A stretch of DNA of 64,000 nt from a virus (lineage: Duplodnaviria; Caudoviricetes), in IMG/VR virus record IMGVR_UViG_3300021363_000005, positions 1,711 through 65,710 of that record. One strand, written 5' to 3'. Shown in pieces: positions 59,891 to 64,000 of this stretch. Under the pieces are notes generated by a model that saw nothing but the letters and a program-made list of their open reading frames with translations, was not told the DNA's origin and did no database searches. The first letter of the stretch is position 1; each line of letters starts with the position of its first letter. Position numbers and translations under genes: made by a program.

Positions 59891-60993
59891 ATGGCACGAG
59901 AGAATGGCGACGCAGATGGTGGCGACCGCGCTCCCTTCCTGAAGGGTGGCACTACGCCGATGCACAGCCCGCAAGGCACCGGCACGCAGACGCCGGGCAA
60001 GAGTTCGCAGGAGGGGTCGAGCGCCATCGGTTCCAGTCAGGACGCGCAGGCAGGACCGCCCGGCGTTGCCGGGTTCAGTGACGCGGCGACCAACAAGGAC
60101 CATGCCGGCACGCAGGTGCCCGGTCAGTCGGCGCAGAAAAAGTCGAGCAACAACCAGTTTGCCGAGGGCGGTAAAACGCCGATGTTCGGCAATCGCGGCT
60201 CGTTGCCGGCGCGCGGCGGCTACACCACGCCGGGTTAAGCCATGGCGCTTAACAAATCGGGACTGCCACCGATGAAACGTCCGGTCGTCGCCGCTGAGCG
60301 ACCGGGCGGTTTCGGCACGGTGAAACCGGGTAAGCCGGCACTCGACATGGGTTCCAACATCGCTCAGCCACCGGGTAAGTTGAAAGGCATCCCGGCGCTG
60401 GCGCGCGGCGGCAAGCTCGGACCGAGCCTGCCCAAGATCGCCAAGATCCCGACCATCAAACCTCCGAAGTTTTAATGAAACCGGCACCCAATTACGGCCC
60501 GCCCAAACTTAATCCGCTGACTGACCGTTTGACATTAAGTCAAGGCGACGTGCAGCTGCCTAATCGCGCGGCGGTGAACCAGCTGACCAAGGGCAACCCG
60601 GCGCAGCGGTCGTATCAGAACTACGCCAAGCTCGCGTCCAGTGGGGCGAACGCGCCGATGACTTACCAGAGCATCATCGACATGGCTTCAATGGGGGCTT
60701 CGGTGCTACCGAAATGAATGGCTACCAACCCTTTGTCCGAGATCGTCATGGCGGCGGCCCAGCTCAAGGCGGCTGCGCCGTCGTTTTATCAAGCGTTGTG
60801 CGATGCCATGCGCGCCTACGAGGTGCAGGCCATCGCTGAAATTCTGGCCAGCGACGTGCCGCACGAGATGTTCCGCGCGCAGGGTAAAATCAAAACTGTC
60901 CAGCAGCTCAGGAAACACCTGAACGAGTGCACCGAGCTGCGCGAGACCTACACCCGGAGAGACGCCAATGCCCGACCCAACCCCGCTGGTTAG
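59891..60993 (+). CDS. four small head-module genes (59891-60238, 60242-60475, 60475-60717, 60718-60993)
   Basis: Coupled ORFs; the last has the FRAQGKI..QL pattern common between portal and scaffold. Confidence 0.55.
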
Positions 60994-62089
60994 CACGCCG
61001 TCGCCACCTGACGGGGTCGATCCCAACGTCAAGCTGCCGCCCAGCGTCATGGCATCGAGCCGGCTGGCGATGGAGGCGCACCAGCGCATGTATCCTAACG
61101 GGCAGAATGCGCCGTCGCCTGAGCAGACCCCCGCGCCCAACGGTGAGCCGCCAGCGATCACGCAGGAACCGCCCGCCGAGTTGCCGGATGTCAACGCCGA
61201 CGGCACGCCCAACTGGGAGAACCGCTTTAAGGCGCTCAAGGGCCGCTACGATGCCGACAGCCGGCGCTGGGGCGAGACGCAGCAGCAGTACGACCAGCGC
61301 ATGCGCGACCTCTCGCAGGAGAACAATCAGCTCAAGCAACCGCCGCTGCCCGGCGCGGGCGAGATGCCCAAGCTGGTCACCGCCAAGGAGGTCGAGGATT
61401 ACGGCGCGGACCTGATCGACGTCATCAAGCGCGCGGCGCAGGAGGCGGTGATGCCGCTGCTGACGCCGCTGGCGACATCGATGGGACAGGTGCAGGCGCG
61501 TGTCGAGACGACAGAAAAAGAAACCAGTCGGCAGTTCCTGCAGCGCATGCACGGCAACATGGACAACGCCGTGCCGGGGTGGAACGAACTCAACAAGGAT
61601 GCGAATTTCATTGCGTGGACCAAACGCAACGACATATATTCCGGCCTTAACCGGCAAGAGATGCTCCAGAGGGCGTGGTACGCAGGCGATAGCAACCGTG
61701 TCGCAGCCTTCTTTCAGGGGTTCCTTGCAGAGGAGGCTGCCACTGACCCGGCAGCGGCCGAGGCCCGCCAGCAGGCAATGGGAGCTGCGTACGGGGGACA
61801 CCCGCAACCTAACGGTTCGGCTGCTCCTACCGCGCAACAACCCGCCCCTCGCGTGACCCTCGAGTCGCTGGCGGCTCCCGGCAGGGCCCGAGCGGCTGCA
61901 ATGCCACCCGCAGGCAAACCCGTTTGGACGGCTGCCGGCATTTCGCAATTTTACATGGACATCGCTGCCGGCAAATTCCGTGGACGGGATGCAGAGCGCA
62001 TCGCGACCGAGGCCGATCTCATGGCGGCCCAGCGCGAAGGACGCATCCAGATTAACCCTCGCACGGCGACCCAGCTCGGCGGCAGTTGA
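60968..62089 (+). CDS. capsid scaffolding protein
   Basis: WENRFKALKGRYD coiled coil, VPGWNELNKDANFIAW, C-terminal AAQREGRI; directly before the capsid gene. Confidence 0.75.
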   Translation: MPDPTPLVSTPSPPDGVDPNVKLPPSVMASSRLAMEAHQRMYPNGQNAPSPEQTPAPNGEPPAITQEPPAELPDVNADGTPNWENRFKALKGRYDADSRRWGETQQQYDQRMRDLSQENNQLKQPPLPGAGEMPKLVTAKEVEDYGADLIDVIKRAAQEAVMPLLTPLATSMGQVQARVETTEKETSRQFLQRMHGNMDNAVPGWNELNKDANFIAWTKRNDIYSGLNRQEMLQRAWYAGDSNRVAAFFQGFLAEEAATDPAAAEARQQAMGAAYGGHPQPNGSAAPTAQQPAPRVTLESLAAPGRARAAAMPPAGKPVWTAAGISQFYMDIAAGKFRGRDAERIATEADLMAAQREGRIQINPRTATQLGGS

Positions 62090-62132
62090 CGTATAGGTCA
62101 ACAGGCTCCGGCGGTTGCCGCAGGAGCCTGCC

Positions 62133-63146
62133 ATGGCCGTTTATCCTCTCGCTGGTTCGGGCACCGTCCCGCCGATTTTCCCCACCGGTTCGCTTACCCC
62201 CGCTCCCGCTTACTCGCATACCGTCATCCCAGAGATCTGGTCAGGCAAGCTGATCGAGAAGTTTTACGCCTCGACCGTGCTGGCTGCGATCTCCAACACC
62301 GCCTACGAAGGCGAGATCAAAAATCAGGGCGACACGGTGCATATCCGCACCAAGCCCACCATCACCATCAATGACTATCTGGCCGACGGCGGCATCGTGG
62401 TGGAGCGCCCGAGCTCCAACATCGTCGACCTGCTGATCAACAAGGGCAAATACTTCGCCACCATCCTCGACGACGTTATGGAGACGCAGTCCGATCTCAA
62501 CCTGCTCGGCATGTGGAGCGACGACGCCGCTCAGCAGATGAAGATCAAGATCGACGCTGACGTCCTGCTCGGTCTGCTGGGCGGAGCCGACGCGGCCAAC
62601 CGGGGCGCGACCGCCGGCAAGATTTCCGCCAGCCTCAACCTCGGTATCACCGGTACCCCGGTTGCCATTTCCCGCACCACCGGCACCCCGGCTTCCTCGG
62701 TGTCGATCCTCGACATGCTGCTGCGCATGGGACAGGCGCTCGACGAGCAGAACGTCCCCGAGGAGGGACGCTGGTGCGTCATCCCGTCGTGGGCATCGAC
62801 CAAGATCAAGCAGTCCGAATTGCGGCAGGCGTATCTGTCGGGCGACAGCGTCTCGATGCTGCGCAACGGCCGGCTCGGTCAAGTCGACCGCTTCACCATC
62901 TACGTGTCCAACCTTCTGCCCAAGGGTCCAGTGACCGGTCCTCCGGTGCTGGCAGCGGGCGAGTGGGTGTTCTACGCAGGCCACGCGCACGGCCTCACCT
63001 TCGCCAGCCAAGTCTCCAAGGTCGAGACGCTGCGTTCTGAGTTCACCTTCGGCCAGATCCTGCGCGGCTTGCAGGTCTACGGCTACAAGGTGGTCGATCC
63101 GATTGCGATCTCGCAGGCGATTGTCACCCCGGCAGTGGGCGACTAA
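62133..63146 (+). CDS. major capsid protein
   Basis: IPEIWSGKL..FY..TV...ISNT.YEGEIK..GDTVHI, GR.G.VDRF.IYVSN, RGLQVYG.KV; AGGAG RBS. Confidence 0.9.
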   Translation: MAVYPLAGSGTVPPIFPTGSLTPAPAYSHTVIPEIWSGKLIEKFYASTVLAAISNTAYEGEIKNQGDTVHIRTKPTITINDYLADGGIVVERPSSNIVDLLINKGKYFATILDDVMETQSDLNLLGMWSDDAAQQMKIKIDADVLLGLLGGADAANRGATAGKISASLNLGITGTPVAISRTTGTPASSVSILDMLLRMGQALDEQNVPEEGRWCVIPSWASTKIKQSELRQAYLSGDSVSMLRNGRLGQVDRFTIYVSNLLPKGPVTGPPVLAAGEWVFYAGHAHGLTFASQVSKVETLRSEFTFGQILRGLQVYGYKVVDPIAISQAIVTPAVGD

Positions 63147-63209
63147 CCCCCGGAGTTAGACCGCTTGACATAATGTCAAGCGGTCAACTTCCTCTTAACG
63201 GGGGGCGCG

Positions 63210-64000
63210 ATGTCTGAGTTCGTCAACCCGACGCCGCCACTGTCGCCCGTTGCGGGCGACAAATGGTTCGACACGTCGACCGGTCGTCACTTCATGTGGA
63301 CGGTCGGTTCGACGGGTGCGGGCGTGTGGGTGCAGATCCCGCCGGCCGGCACGGTCGTGCACCAAGCGCCTATGGTGGTGGCGGTGCCGACGCCGACCAC
63401 GATCACCGGCAAGATCCCCTATCTTACCGCCTCGGCTTATCCGCCGGGCGACGCGGTGCCCAACGACCTCTGGTACGACGCGACCAGCGGGTTCTTTTTC
63501 ATCTACTACTTCGACGGCAACACCACGCAGTGGGTGGTGACCAACCCCGGCCGAGGCGGCCAGCAAGGCCCGCCGGGCATCCCCGGTCCACCGGGTGCCG
63601 ACAGCACGGTGCCCGGTCCTCCCGGTATTCAGGGCGATCAGGGCATTCAGGGTCCGCCGGGACCGACTAGTCCGCCTAGTGGTGCGGCCGGTGGTGCGCT
63701 CGCAGGGACTTACCCCAACCCCAGCCTCGCGATCCCCTATCCGACGGTGCTGCCAACACGCGCGACGACCAACGGTTGGGCGCAGCGGCCGGTTGGTCCG
63801 TCTTTCGCTTTCGGCGTGGGACTGACCAGTCCCGTTCCCGGCGCTTACGTCGGCATGATCCTGCTGGTCGATGTCGCCGGGTTTATGCGCATCGAAGCGA
63901 TGAACACGCCGGACAACGCCGTCTACAGCCTGACCAACATCGGCGATCCCTTCAATGCACCGCCAACCACGGCGATCCCGGTGGTCGCGTCAGCCACACA
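63210..64000 (+). CDS. collagen-repeat fibre protein, 3' truncated (not in ORF track)
   Basis: MSEFVNPTPP..GDKWFDTSTG..DLWYDATSG..GPPGIPGPPGADSTVPGPPG; open to the window end. Confidence 0.75.
   Translation, partial: MSEFVNPTPPLSPVAGDKWFDTSTGRHFMWTVGSTGAGVWVQIPPAGTVVHQAPMVVAVPTPTTITGKIPYLTASAYPPGDAVPNDLWYDATSGFFFIYYFDGNTTQWVVTNPGRGGQQGPPGIPGPPGADSTVPGPPGIQGDQGIQGPPGPTSPPSGAAGGALAGTYPNPSLAIPYPTVLPTRATTNGWAQRPVGPSFAFGVGLTSPVPGAYVGMILLVDVAGFMRIEAMNTPDNAVYSLTNIGDPFNAPPTTAIPVVASAT

Larger units (their letters stand above)
4351..63158. repeat. dispersed palindrome motif B, TAAC-N7-GTTA (e.g. TAACCTCCGGAGTTA)
   Basis: Copies at 4351, 12375, 20898, 25082, 29807, 35168, 41233, 43129, 48327, 51418, 52106, 53192, 57092, 63144. 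Confidence 0.93.
2052..63179. repeat. dispersed palindrome motif A, TTGACA-N3-TGTCAA
   Basis: Perfect copies at 15390, 23336, 29604, 33120, 38352, 44708, 50606, 51399, 53235, 63165. One-mismatch copies at 2052, 3413, 5054, 5296, 9013, 13269, 20287, 28553, 35978, 39110, 41558, 42868, 45719, 47265, 49093, 49971, 52087, 53009, 53068, 60529. N2 variant at 31617. Confidence 0.95.

Noticed and set aside
2052-63179. Motif A copies as simply strong sigma70 promoters, dif sites, matS or FNR boxes
   Set aside because: Most copies lack a properly spaced -10, and symmetry and spacing do not match dif, matS (N3 between GTGAC arms) or FNR (TTGAT-N4-ATCAA)

Overview
The whole window is part of one GC-rich tailed-phage (Caudoviricetes) genome with podovirus-like gene content. 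It is probably circularly permuted: it starts inside a tail-fibre gene and ends inside another collagen-containing fibre gene. Layout: (1) a + strand virion module, with portal, scaffold, major capsid and a fibre at 57.6-64 kb, continuing at 1-22.7 kb with fibre, adaptors, nozzle, ejection proteins, a ~2,880-aa polyvalent protein, an HNH and a beta-helix protein; (2) a - strand replication module at 22.7-35.6 kb (primase-helicase, SSB-like protein, SNF2 helicase, VRR-NUC, PD-(D/E)XK nuclease, M15 endolysin, PolA); (3) a long - strand array of small early/accessory genes at 35.6-51.4 kb; (4) an AT-rich origin-like control region at 51.4-53.3 kb; (5) terminase genes transcribed away from the portal. 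I saw no integrase, tRNA, CRISPR array or reverse transcriptase. The strongest unexplained signal is two different 15-bp palindromes spread genome-wide: motif A TTGACA-N3-TGTCAA (about 31 copies found by eye) and motif B TAAC-N7-GTTA with a CCGG-rich core (about 14 copies). They sit in promoters, on RBS/start/stop codons and inside CDSs. There are also candidate small RNAs whose loops are complementary to the phage's own ribosome-binding sites, and a shared F/Y-x-x-GG-x-V peptide tag across many late proteins. All protein calls come from motif recognition by eye, not from database searches.
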